NCBI RefSeq assembly: GCF_009914755.1
Contig: NC_060934.1
Strand: one strand, 5' to 3'
Source: the human T2T-CHM13v2.0 reference genome, Homo sapiens
Length of the DNA: 64,000 nucleotides
Positions 41,330 through 54,100 of this stretch are shown one piece after another. Under the pieces are notes generated by a model that worked only from the letters and a program-made list of their open reading frames with translations, did not search any database and was not told where the DNA came from. How positions within the stretch are numbered: the stretch's first letter is position 1; each line of letters starts with the position of its first letter. The position numbers and the translations under genes are program-made.

Positions 41330-42273
41330 TTAGACACTATGCTTTGGCTTAAAATATATAGCATTATGTAGCAGGCAGAGTTCCAAGTTTACATGGATTA
41401 TCTCATTTAATCCCCACAACAGTCCTAATATTATCCCATTTTACAGATGAGGAAAATACATCCTGGGGAGATTAGTAACTTGACCGATATCAAACACTTC
41501 GGTTATGTAAATAAGCAAACACATTGTTTTTAGTTCCTAATCAGGCCTACTCTTACCATTGAAAGGGCTGCATATTTATGTTACGACTTGAAACTCGTCA
41601 GTGGTGCATGCTTTCCCGTGCTTTGCATTTGTGTACCCACTCTTCAGACGTGACATTAACATCTTATTGAGCAGATCCCTGTAAGAAGCCACTGTGTGAT
41701 TTAAGGATTATCCTCAAAATGACCACCCATCTTAATCCTCTCAAAGTCTATTTTCAACCGTTGCATATATTCTATTAAATCCTGAGAAGTCTCCTTCAGT
41801 GGAAACTTTTGGGAGGTTTGATCCCCGAGAAGTGGTTCTGGGAGGTAGATGCCATGTTAGATGATGTCACTCAACCACTTTCTGGCTGTGTGACAAGGTA
41901 GAATAGCTAGCTGTCCCTGTCAGAACCTCGACACATTGTTTTGCAGTCATCTATTTACTGGTTTGTTTCCTTAGAGGCTCCTTAAGGCCAGGAGCCAATT
42001 TGCCATTTGTTGGTTTGGCTGTTTGTTCTTTTTCTGTATCTGAGCATTGACACTGGTACACAGTAAGTACTCAGTAAATATGCTTTTCCAGATACAGTTC
42101 TCTGAGTTCTTTTTATTTTTCTTTCAAACTGAACAAACAATGACGTATCTGGCCATGACTAAAATACAGAATAGATCAAAGCAGCCACTTAATTCAGGGA
42201 AAGTTAACATTTCTTAATTGAGAGAAAAGGTATCCTTTTCTGATTGATTTTCCACAATGTCTGCCCACACTGA

Positions 42274-42624
<351 letters not shown>

Positions 42625-43060
42625 TGATTTTATAGACATAGTCTTTGGAGTTTAACTTGGAACAAGTTAGTGCTATATTATCTGAAGCTTAATATTTATT
42701 GTTTTCATAGTTAAGACTCTTAAGTTGAATTCTCATTACTAATAGTATTTTTAGTTTTGTAACAGGTGAACGCACACAATAAGAACTTCAAGGAACAATT
42801 AAAGTCAATATTAAGAGTGTTCAAGTGTTTCCAAATCATTCCAAAATATTTTCCTCACACTTAATAGTACCGTGATAAAGGCCATCTAATTCTCATAGAC
42901 TGTTCTGAATTTAAACAGTTGTCCCATTTCCCCCCCTTGCATTTACCAGGTCATATGCCAGGTTTGGGCTCAGAAGATATCATTACTGCATGTAATAGGC
43001 TAATAACAAAATCAGACTTATACATTGATTTGACAGTTGTCCTTATTTGAGCTTGTACTT

Positions 43061-43205
43061 CTTTATTTTTAAGTTTTTAATTATTTTTAGAGATGGGGGA
43101 CTTGCTATGTTGCCCAGGCTGGTCTTAACTCCTAGCCTCAAGTGATCCTCCGGCCTTGGCCTCACAAAGTTTTGGGATTACAGGCATGAGCCACCACACC
43201 TGGCC
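43061..43205 (-). mobile_element. FLAM/Alu left monomer
   Basis: Single antisense arm. Confidence 0.85.
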
Positions 43206-44389
43206 AGCCCTGCAGCTTTTGCTTTTTACCATATTTTATTCCATGTGACAGCAAATACTCAAAGTATCTCATACTATGTGTGTTGGGATTACATTGAAAA
43301 TTATTTCTCTAAAAATGTGACTGTGTATTCTATATAGTTGAAACTATATTTCCTGGGAAATAGAAATAATTCTAGGTGGGCAAGCACTGTGTAAAAAAAA
43401 AAATCAGAACTCTGGTAATTTTCTTTGCTCTTTTTGCTTATTATAAAAGCATAGGAAAACATTTAAAAAAACCACAGGAAACAATTTAGCATTTGACATA
43501 TATGTTACCTACCACCTATTTTCTGCACTTTTGTCAAGAAAGAGTCTAAAAATGGTATTTTTGATACTGAAAGGTATGTGTGTTGGTAGAACTCAGAAGT
43601 AAGGTATTTGAAATTCCAGTTCACCTAACTGACTTCTTTGCTACCATTGAGAAACTGCTTATTTTGGCATGGCTCACTTTAACCTACCAAAAATGAGGCA
43701 ATGTAGGAGTCTTCCCCATGAGGTTGTTGAAGATTGTTGAAGATATGACATTGCAATGTTAAATGATTAGGAAATACAAACACATGTCTAGGCAGCATTG
43801 ACTGAGCATTCAACCAATATTTATTTGATAAATATTTATTCTTCTGCCTAAAAAATAATCATGGGTGTTATTCCAGGTTCTTGGACCCTTCACTTTCTAA
43901 CCCCAGGGTTAGGTGAGGTCACTCACCCTAGAGTTCTTTTTCAACTCAAGGAAAATAACCAGGCAACTAGAACATTAAGTGTACTAAGAGCAAAAGAAAG
44001 GTCTGGTACTACAGAAGTCACAATGAAGGATTCTGGAGTGAGCAGGAGGGGAAGCGTCTCTGCTGCCCACTCACAGTCCCTGGGTGATATATTGGTGCCC
44101 AAGAGCTTGAGAACAAAATGCTCCATTCCTCCTGGGATCTCCACACCCCTGTGGTGCTCTCCTGAGCCTGACCCATGCTGGGAGGCTCTGGCTCTCCATG
44201 GAGACTGCACACGAGAGTGTTGGTCTTACACTGTGCACAACCTCTCACAGGCATTTGCCCCCAGATCTTTTTTCTGCTTGGTTGGGGGAAGGCTGGATAT
44301 TGGCCAATTGCTAGTATTGCTAGGTGCAAACTTTCTGCTAAGTTAAATATGACCCGTTGTCAGCACCAAAATTGAAAATTGTGATTTCA

Positions 44390-44731
44390 GGCCAGGCACA
44401 GTGGCTCATGCCTATAATCCCAGCACTTTGAGAGGCCAAGGCAGCAGAATTGCTTGAGCCCAGGAATTCAGCCTGGGCAACATGACGAAATCTTGTCTGT
44501 ACAAAAAATTAGCTGGGCATGGTAACACGCGTCTATAGTCCCAGCTACCCAGGAGGTTGAGATGGGAGGATCAGTTGAGCTCAGAAGGCTGAGGCTGCAG
44601 TGAGCCATGATCTCACCACTGCATCCCAGCCTGGGTGAGAGAGTAAGACCCTGTCTCAAAACAAACAAACAAACAAACAAACAAACAACAAACAAACATA
44701 AACAAAAACACAAAGAAAAGAAAAAAAAGAA
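44390..44731 (+). mobile_element. AluJ with (AAAC)n tail
   Basis: Full Alu. Confidence 0.9.
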
Positions 44732-45338
44732 TATTGTGCTTCCTTTCAAAGCTGAGTTTTAGAGTGCCAGGTTCAGAGCAAAGAAGCATCTTCGCTTGTG
44801 TTTAATGGAAGTACCTGATGCTTGCATAAGTTGTTGACACAAAAGCCAGCCTCCCTCATCCAGTCTGCTGGAGGTCACCCTGCAGCCCTCTTTCAGGAAT
44901 GTTTGGAGAGTTGACAGAAGAGTCAACCAAACCTAAATTCAGAAAGTGTTACATTCATCAGAGAGGAAACAGCTTTTCCTTGTTGCTGCCATTATAGCTC
45001 AGGAGACGCACAGAGTAAGGTGTCAAATTTACCTAAGAAATGATACTCAAAACTTTACATTTGTTTTTATCAATTTAAAAATACAGCTCTTGAAATAAAT
45101 AAGGCCATTCCTTCTGGCATCATTCATTTTAAATGCAGGCATAATTCTATGTACAATAGCAAATCCTGGAATGACTTGTTGGAAGAACCAGACTTTGAGA
45201 AATAAATAATTTAAAAGATAACAACTCTCTGTAAATAAAACTTGGCACCAAGATAGTTAAGTGGGTTACCAGCACTAAATAAATATACTGAGACTTACTA
45301 TGTTGCAGGTACTGTGCTAAGCATATTACATGGATGAC

Positions 45339-45667
45339 TGCCTTAGTCTATTCAGGCTGCTATAACAAAATATCTTAGACCTGGTAACTTATAAACAACA
45401 GAAATGTATTGCTCATGGTTCTGGGGTCTGGGAGGTCCAAGACCAAGTCGTAGATCCAGTGTCCGATGAGGGCTCAATTTCTGCTTCCTCTCTGGTGCCT
45501 TCTTGCTGCATCTTCACATGACAGAAGAGACAAACAAGCTCTCACCTCTTTTATAAGGGCATTAATCCCATTCATGAGGGTTCTGCTCCACCTCTTAATA
45601 CTGTTGCATTGGGGATTAGGTTTCAACATATGAATTTTGGAGGGATATGGACATTCCCACCACAGCA
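45339..45667 (-). mobile_element. MST/MLT1A-type MaLR solo LTR inserted in a MIR (~45280-45860)
   Basis: 'ttagtctattcaggctgctataacaaaata...ggtttcaacatatgaattttgg'; MIR text resumes after it. Confidence 0.8.
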
Positions 45668-46327
45668 ATTGCCTAATTTAATCTTCATTACATGGAAGAC
45701 AAGTACTATCACTCTGTCCAGTTTCTAGAGGAGAAAACTGAGGCTTGGAGGTATTTGCTTGCCCAAGGTCACAGAGCAAGCAAGTGATAGAGCCTGGCAG
45801 GGCTCACGTTATCCTGGCTACTCTTACACCTGTGCTCTTGTCTGCCATGCCACACTGCCTCTCTAAGCCACAGGAGTACTTTCTCCTTCAACACTCATGC
45901 CAATCAGGCTCTGTGATACGGTAAGAGTGATTTCTTTGTTTATATGAATTAGAGCTTTATATTTGGGCATTAGTATTCCCAGAAGAATAAGCAAGTGAAT
46001 TGGTTACGTGAAATACATTTATAATAATCAATTTTCACAAATCTTAAAACTCCTTGAGAAATTTTATAACGGTTAAACACTTTAATCCTATATGAGGGAA
46101 CTAACTATAATTCTGTACATACTTTATTTTAAGATTGAAATATGCATCAAATTTGGCTCTAAAGTGACTTTCTACAGAGTGAATGCTATTTTTTCTTTGA
46201 GATTTTTCCGCTGGCTAAAGCCGTAAGTCTATTTTTCACAGGAAATTATCCTGACCTAAAGGTGTTAGGATGAGGAAAGTGATCATACCCTAGAAAACCT
46301 TGTAGCAGGCTTTAATAATGTTTCTAG

Positions 46328-46771
<444 letters not shown>

Positions 46772-46899
46772 TAGGCTGGCTTCACGTGCAATTCTTGGTG
46801 CTCTCCTTGGGATGAGTATCTATGGTGCCTTCTAGAGCTGGTAATTGCAATGTGACCACCATGGACAGCCATTAGCATGTCTGCTCCACCCCTTCTTTG

Positions 46900-47330
46900 G
46901 GTACATGCCCCTCTGGTCCCCCAAACAGAGACCTGGGGCCTTCCTTCACACTCTCCTCTCCCTTCTTCCCCACATCCAAATGGTGACCAGGATTTGCCTT
47001 TACCCCGGAATCTTCTCTCCATGCACAGCCCATTCTCGGCTCAGGTTCTCCTTATTTCTCACCTGGATTAATGCTATGGTTTTTCTCAACATCTATGCTT
47101 GGCCTCTTTTGTGGGAGGCTTTTCTTGTCCACCTGCACCCCTCAGTCTTGGCAGGATGCCCTATATCTTTGCACTGCAACTTATCCCATGTACACTGATT
47201 ACATATTTAATTTTGTCTCTTCCTCCAATTCACCATAAGCTTCTTGAGGTTGAAGACTGTGTTTTGTCCTTGAATGGCCAGCTCTGAACAATGCCCGACA
47301 CATCGCTGATACTCATTGTCTGTTGAGTAA
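46900..47330 (+). mobile_element. L2 fragment
   Basis: 'ccataagcttcttgagg...gactgtgttttgtc...tgtctgttgagtaaatg'. Confidence 0.55.
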
Positions 47331-47545
47331 ATGGAAGATGATTTGCAGTTGGTGCTGTGTTTTGTGTTACTGGGGGAATCTTGTCCTGAGGGATCTGAGT
47401 GTGAATATGCAGCTTCTCTATCTGGGGCTTTGGGTAAGTCCGAGTTGTTTTTTTGTTTGCATCTCTTTTGCAAAAATGAATGAGAACACAGAAAAATCAA
47501 TGGCATTTAGCACAATGTTATGAATATTACAGGTCAGAAATAAAC

Positions 47546-47822
47546 TTTGTTTTGTTTTGTTTTGTTTTGTTTTCTGAAACAGAGTCTCTTTCTGTTGCCC
47601 AAGCTGGAATGGCGTGATCACGGCTCACTGTAGCCTTGAACTTCTGGGTTGAAGCAATCCTCCCACCTCAGCCTCCTGAGTAGCTGGGACTACAGATGTG
47701 CGCCACCACCCCTGGCTAGTGTTTGTATTTTTTTTTGTAGAGATGGGGTTTCTCCATGTTGCCCAGTCTGGTCTCGAACTCATAGGCCCAAGCAATCCTC
47801 CTGCCTCAGCCTCCAAAAGTAC
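47546..47822 (-). mobile_element. AluJ
   Basis: Antisense Alu, left end truncated. Confidence 0.9.
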
Positions 47823-47989
47823 TGTAGAAATACACTTTTTAAATTAAAACAGGCAGGTTGAATGGGGCTCAAACCTAAGGATTTAGTTTTTAGGCTCTAT
47901 GATGTAGAAAAACATCTGTTTCTTCGATATTACCAAAACCTCAGCATATTGTATAGTATAATACTTGGTTATAGCAGGCATTTAAAAAC

Positions 47990-48255
47990 AGTAAATAATA
48001 AAAACAATAAGAGCTATCATTTGAGTGCTTCCCATGTGCTATGTATTTCCTATTCTGAATATTATGTGAATATCTTTAGTCCTCACAACAGTTTTATGAA
48101 GTTAGTATTATTATTATTATCTCTATTTAACATTTGAGAGCACTGGGACCCAGAAGACTTCAGTGACATGGTTAAGAACAACCGCAAGTCAGTAATGGCA
48201 CCAGATATGGACATGGTTGTCTAATTTCAGAGCCCACATGCATTAATCACTACGC
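47990..48255. mobile_element. MIR
   Basis: 'catttgagtgcttcccatgtgc...tttagtcctcacaacag'. Confidence 0.65.
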
Positions 48256-49914
48256 CGAAATCGGTGCACACGTGACTAAATCTATGTCATCCTCTACTCA
48301 GCTAACTCTCAGCCGGTGAGAGACAGCTGCTGAAATGTGATTTGTAGCAGGCAGAGAAAAACCAGGATTTTTGTTGCTGACATCCTTTCTGATAGTCACA
48401 GTTAGCTTACTCAAATTCAGGCAAGTAATTGAAATAATCACATATGCTCAGGTGTGTTTAACATGATGTCTTTTCTTAGCTGTAACTGAAGGTAGACTTC
48501 ACTCAAAGGCATTACTCCTCAACATCCATCTCAAAATTATCATTCTGGAAGATATTTGCTCATATTACTTGATTTGTGTAGGAGTTAAGGCTTTTTAAAG
48601 AATGGATGCAAAATATATTTAGTGCTAAAACATACAGATTTTTGAATCTTTTCTTGTCATGGCAAAAGAATGAAAACCATCTGCCTACAGCCACCCACAC
48701 CTTTGGAACAGTTTTTACCCTAGTTGGCTTGGTTTTTACTTGTGGATTGAGAAAGATTAAGTATAACGTGGGCCAGAATCACGTTGGCATGAATATGGCC
48801 TGACTCTAAAAACTATTTTAGCCAAAAACTTTTAAAAGGCAGCTCTGGGAATTACCAACAGATGGGTTCTCAGATGACCAGCTTTACCTAAACGTGGCCA
48901 GAAGGTCTCCACCACACTGGGCAGGCTTGTGGGTTTCTTTAAAATAGTTGGTGAAAAACATCAACCCTAAATTTTACCTTTTCTCTCTGATGTCCACCAC
49001 TTTGTATTACCAAACCATAAAAATGTGATCCACTGAGCCTACTCATATAAAACATCACAGAAGTGAAGAGGAAATTAGATTCTATTAATTTAGTGCTTTA
49101 CTCAGTTGTTTAAAAAATGTGTCTGCCTCAAGCTTTCAGTTATAGTCTGGTTCACAATAATATTAAGACCTTTTTTTTTTCCTTTTTCCTCATTGTTAAG
49201 CACCAGTCCTAAGTTTTTAAACATTACTTAAAAATACATCTTTAGGGGTTACACCATGTGTCAAATTCTCAAAGATTTAAGGACACATGGAAGGCTTTTT
49301 TACAGTTAGGAGACTCAGTTATTTATGGCAAAATTACCAATGTGATACTGAAAAACATTTCTTCCAAGAGCTGTGCACAAATAAATGCATTAATTATTGC
49401 TTTAATATTAAGAACTAAAAAACAAAGAAACTGTTTTTAAAATTTCAAAGCCACTCCAATAAACTTCCCAGATTAACTTATCTCCCAGTTTGTCTGGTTT
49501 CTTAAGGAGCATGCCTGGACTGTACTCTCTACAGACAGGAAAATGTTCTAGAATAAAAAACAATCAGTAGCTTAACTTGTGTCCAAAAGAAGGCTGTTGA
49601 AAGTAAACTATCAACAACTCATAAAGCTACATTATGTTAATAGCTCTTTAACGACGTTTGAAATTGAAAAATGTTAAATATTGAGAATTGAAAAGTCATG
49701 GGAAAATTTTTACTGCAATGTGTATATATATGGGAGACACTAACAAATAAATACTTCTGCAATATTTGTGTGACAATATGTCAAATATCAGACTTGATGT
49801 TTTCTGGGCAAAAGTAGATACCAAAAGTATGCAATGGTTGAAACTCTTACAACTTTAAGTTCAGATCTTTGCATTTCATTATATGTAAATTATACTTCCA
49901 TTAAAAATAAAAAC

Positions 49915-50225
49915 AATCCCCAAAACGCTCAAGGTCATAAAAAACAAGGAAAGCCAGAGAAGCTGTCACAGCCTTCCCAAGAGACATGAGGATTAAATGT
50001 GATATCCTGGATGAGATCCAAGACCAGAAAAAGTGAAAAATAAAGAAATCCAAATGAAATATGGAGTTCGGTTAGTAACAATGCGTGAATATTGGTTCAT
50101 TAGTTGTGACGTGTCCCACACTAAGATGTTAACAGTAGGAGAAACGGGAGGTGGGGTATAGAACTATGCAACTTTTCTGTAAGCCTAAAACTATTCTATA
50201 ATTTCAAAAAGCGTATTTTTAAAAA
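49915..50225 (+). mobile_element. L1MC-type 3' end
   Basis: 'aatattggttcattagttgtgac...gcaacttttctgtaagcctaaaactattct'. Confidence 0.75.
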
Positions 50226-51031
50226 TATAAACAAGGAGGACAAGAGAGAAAATAGTGTGACAGTCACTGAAAATACTGCAGGAAGGTCAAGAAAGTGAAC
50301 ATTAAAAGAACAGTATACATTATCTATTTCAAACAATGTGTAAATTAGCCACAAAGGGCAAATGTTTTTATCTATTGGGTATTGGTGCTGAATACTTTTT
50401 CATCACATTTACTTTCCCATGATAAAACAGGTTAGGTGGTCATTATGCCATTATTTTCTAGCTGGTTAATGTTAATAAAAGGCTTGGACACATGCAAATG
50501 GCAATGAACTAAATAAACAATATAGCTTTTATTTTCAGCACAAACATAATCCTCGTTGTAAATTATCTAATGTCACTAATCTGTCCTGCTGAACCCCACC
50601 ATCCACGAGTTACACACATTCTTTATACACAAAAAAATCATTTTGTGCCTGCCAAAACGTTTTCAGGTATGAGTGCGTGTGCGGAGAGATGCGTAAATAA
50701 TACTCGATTACCATGCCACCTACATCTTTTTGTTAAAAATGCCTTTATGAAGGCTATAATCCTTATCAAATTAAACCCTGCGGATCCCCCTTTTAATACA
50801 CAGGGAGTCCTCCTCATTTATGGGCGTCGGCGCTAAGCAGCTCTGGAAACGGGCAGACCCAGCTGTGCAGCGATGTCCAGTGTCGCCGCATCTGCCCCGC
50901 GGGGTGCAGCATGAGTCTTCCTTTGTGGCGTGCGGCTCCATCGGAACGCGCGTTGCGACGACAAATTCCTTTTTTCCCCCCCGCAGTTAACAGTTCTGGG
51001 GCAGAGGCTGGTGGAGAGGTCCAGAGCCCAC

Positions 51032-51169
51032 TCAGACCGAGATGAAGATGAGGAAAAGCATGAGCAGGAAGAGGCTGGCGGCTGCGGCGGCCACAGGGAA
51101 GAGCTCGGTGCGCGGCGCAGCCTCCCGCGACCGCGACTCCTGGGCTGCGTCGAGGAGCCGCGTTGCCAT
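51032..51169 (-). CDS. Hypothetical 45-aa microprotein with C-terminal transmembrane helix
   Basis: ATG at 51169 (G at +4) to TGA: MATRLLDAAQESRSREAAPRTELFPVAAAAASLFLLMLFLIFISV; no expression or conservation evidence available. Confidence 0.15.
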   Translation of the reverse strand: MATRLLDAAQESRSREAAPRTELFPVAAAAASLFLLMLFLIFISV

Positions 51170-51175
51170 AGGAAC
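51162..51175. promoter_or_regulatory. RFX X-box GTTGCCATAGGAAC
   Basis: 12/14 match to the X-box palindrome, inside the CpG island. Confidence 0.55.
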
Positions 51176-54100
51176 CGTAGCGGCGCCCCAGTGAAACCCT
51201 GCGTTCGGACAGGAGAAGCTAACCGCGGCCGCCCACTCCCACCCGCGCTTCCTCCCCGCCCCCACCGGCCGTGCGCGAAAAGCAGAGATCCGAGAACCGC
51301 GTGCGGTACAAACGGCAAAAGCTTCGCGCGCATTTTCCGGGAGTTGAGCGCGCGGCCGCAGGCCGGGAACCTACCGCTCTCAGGCTCCCAGCCCGGGCGC
51401 TACGACCCTGTGGGCGCCGCCTGTGCAGCCCCTCCTTCCAGCCCGCTCGGGCGCATCCCCCAGGCCGGGCCAGCGACGCGGGCACCGGGAGCCCCTCCCG
51501 CCGGTCCGGGCTTTGGCCCACACCCGGGGACCGCGGAGTGGGAAAGGAACCAAAGCGCGGCGCCTGGCCGACCGCGGACGAAATTCGAGGCCGGAGGGCG
51601 TTTTCTTTTTTGCAAAATTGCCCCAAAGCCAGGGCCGCATGTACCTACTGTCTCCTTTGCCCCACATGCTCCAAGAAAATAAGACACATTCTACCCCGAG
51701 TCCTAATTATTGGGCCATTTCCTTAACGCGCGGTCTGTCCCCGTGGGCAGAAACATACTGCGAGATGCAGTTTGGGTAATTAACAAAGAGACGAGACCTA
51801 ACTGGGCTTCCGAAATGCTGGATACTGCGGCCGGGTCGCCCCGCATTCGGGCATCGCGCGGTTCCCGGCCTTCGGGACGTTCCGGCCCGGCCGGACTTTG
51901 ACCGCTGGCGTAATTAGGAGAAACGCAGAAGGCGGACGCTCCCCAATTTCCCCATCGAGCCTTCTCCTCCCGAGTCTGCGAAGCCCCTGGCTCAGGAGAC
52001 ACCGGCTCCGCGCCTGGGCCTGCAAATCCGCTTCCAGCGAGCGCAGGCCCTGTCGCTCCGGGCTATAAATATTAATAAGCTGCGCGGCTCCGGGCTTAAT
52101 TATCTCCCTTTAATTGCAACTCAACAAAAAATCCAGTCTCCTGCCACTCAGCCCCCCTAGGTCGGGATCGTTTGGTTTCGGTGTCAGGAGGCTCCCCGGG
52201 CTCAGAGTCGTTCTTTGTATTCCGCAGTCCAACCTGGAAAGCATATGCTGCACCTCTGCGCCGGTTAAAATCACCCCCAGACAGATTCGAGCTGCCGCCT
52301 CTTCGCCTTTCATTCTGTCGCCTGCGTCCCCAGCAGCCCCGGGTCCCCAGTTCCCTCCCCTCCACCAGAGGACCCTGCCTCTATCCTTCCCCCGCACAAC
52401 TAACGCAATAGCCTGAGGGGTTTGGTAAACAGAAGCGGCCCCAGGAGGGGGTGGGATTCGCCCCGGGTGTGACCCAAAGGCACCTGCGGCGGCCCAGGCC
52501 CTGGGCGAGGCCTGCCGGCCTTGTAAAGGCCTCCGCGTCTGTGCGCGGCAAAGCAGCCCTAACGGTTTCACCGCAGCCCACGTCTCTCCAGTCTGCAGGC
52601 CCGGCCTTCCCTGTGCCCGGCTGCGTCCGGGCCGTTCTTCCCCACCGCGCCTGCAGCCCGCTCCCTCCCCAGGGGCTTATCTTGTGCCCCTAAGTGGCTG
52701 CGCGCAGCCGAGAAGGGGTGCCCGGCTGCGAGGGGGCCGCTAGCCAGGAACTCTGCGCGCTCTCCCCAGGGTCGTCTGGAGCCCGGGGGTCGTACACTGC
52801 TGCAGTTCCTCGTCATCCACCGCCCTCTCTGGAGACGCGATGCCAAAGCTGAGAGCCGGGCGGTGGTGGGGAGCCAGGGTCTCGCCGCGACTCCGGGGAC
52901 GCCCAGGCTGACGCTGCCTGCGTCCACTGCTCAGGTCTCCCTCAATGTCGGCTCCTCTTCTTGTCCCAGGGGCTTGCGACGCCCCGGGGAGGCCGCTTCT
53001 CGTCCAGCAGGCGTGGAGCCGTCAGCAAGGGGAGGCCTTGGGGGAGCCCAGCCGCGTTCAGCCCGAGAAAGCTGGTGGAGACGGCCAGGAGCCCGTCCGG
53101 AGGACACACCTGTCGCCGCCTAAGAAGGCCGGGCTCTCCATGCGCAGACCTGGTCGCTCAGACTCGTAAGGCACCACTGTAGGCTGAGAAGCGCTGTCTA
53201 ATTATGTCTTGCCTGCTTATTTCAGTTCGAGACTTGTGTGCCCGCAAACCGCTGCCCAAGGCAGAGGTGCTGTCTACTTCCTGGGGATTATGATGGTTAT
53301 TTAAATACATAACTGTCTGTTTACTTGATATATTTCCACTTAAATTACAAGAGGAAAGTTCAAATTGCAAAATAAGGATTCAGGTAAAGCACCCAAAGAA
53401 GTTAAATTACCTCTAATTATGTTTCAATTTAGAATGCAGACCCAATTAAAAGAAACTAAGCGTTCCACAACCTGAAATTGCCAGTGATCAGACTGATGGT
53501 CACAGAGTTTCATGATTGCTAACCTTCTACTGACATGAGAAACAAGAAATCCACCTGGGCTACTTCAAGACTGTAGCTCTTGTGGGCAGTTTCTGCAGGT
53601 CACTCGAGGCAAGATCAACTTTTTTGCTAAATCAAAGTTTCCTGTATAATTAACATAGGCTCAAGGCTCTGGCAGCAAATAGTTAACTGAGGCCCAGAGC
53701 TGGGGACAGCCATTTTGGTGGGCAGATGGCAGGTCAGTGCTGCTCTCATAAAACCACTGTGGTTTGCATCTTCGCTTTTCTTCCCCGGCCCAACCCCAAG
53801 TCTAGCACTCAGGTCACCTGGGTGGGGAAGGAGCCTGCCTGATGGGCAGAAGTTGGTCGCCTGGGAGGAGGGGGTCATTGAGGGCAGGAGCAGCAAGACA
53901 ATAGGATGGCAGCAGTGGGCATTTGGGCAGGTATGGGTTTTACTTATTATACCTGCACCCAGCAGCTATTCAGTAAGTATTAAAGGACCCAGAGCTACAT
54001 GAAGACCACGTGGGGTTGACCTTCTCTAAAGGGCCGTTGAGCTAAGCCACTTCATTTAGAATCAGGCCTCGAGCTTGCATGGAGTAAAATGTGTTCTGTC

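Larger units (their letters stand above)
50820..53200. promoter_or_regulatory. CpG island 2 (~2.4 kb), developmental-type promoter/enhancer
   Basis: Dense CpG; GC box (~51254-51262, minus strand); X-box; TATAAA at 52064; five TAATTA sites; minus-strand donor GCG|GTAGGT at 51375; plus-strand acceptor at 50986. Confidence 0.9.

Noticed and set aside
43861-44346. 161-aa ATG-initiated ORF
   Set aside because: No recognisable homology, promoter or coding bias; plausible by chance in 64 kb.
50930-51682. 250-aa plus-strand ORF (and other long ORFs in island 2)
   Set aside because: Non-ATG start and Pro/Arg/Gly/Ala-rich composition, expected from stop-codon scarcity in GC-rich DNA; long ORFs overlap in several frames; no recognisable domain.
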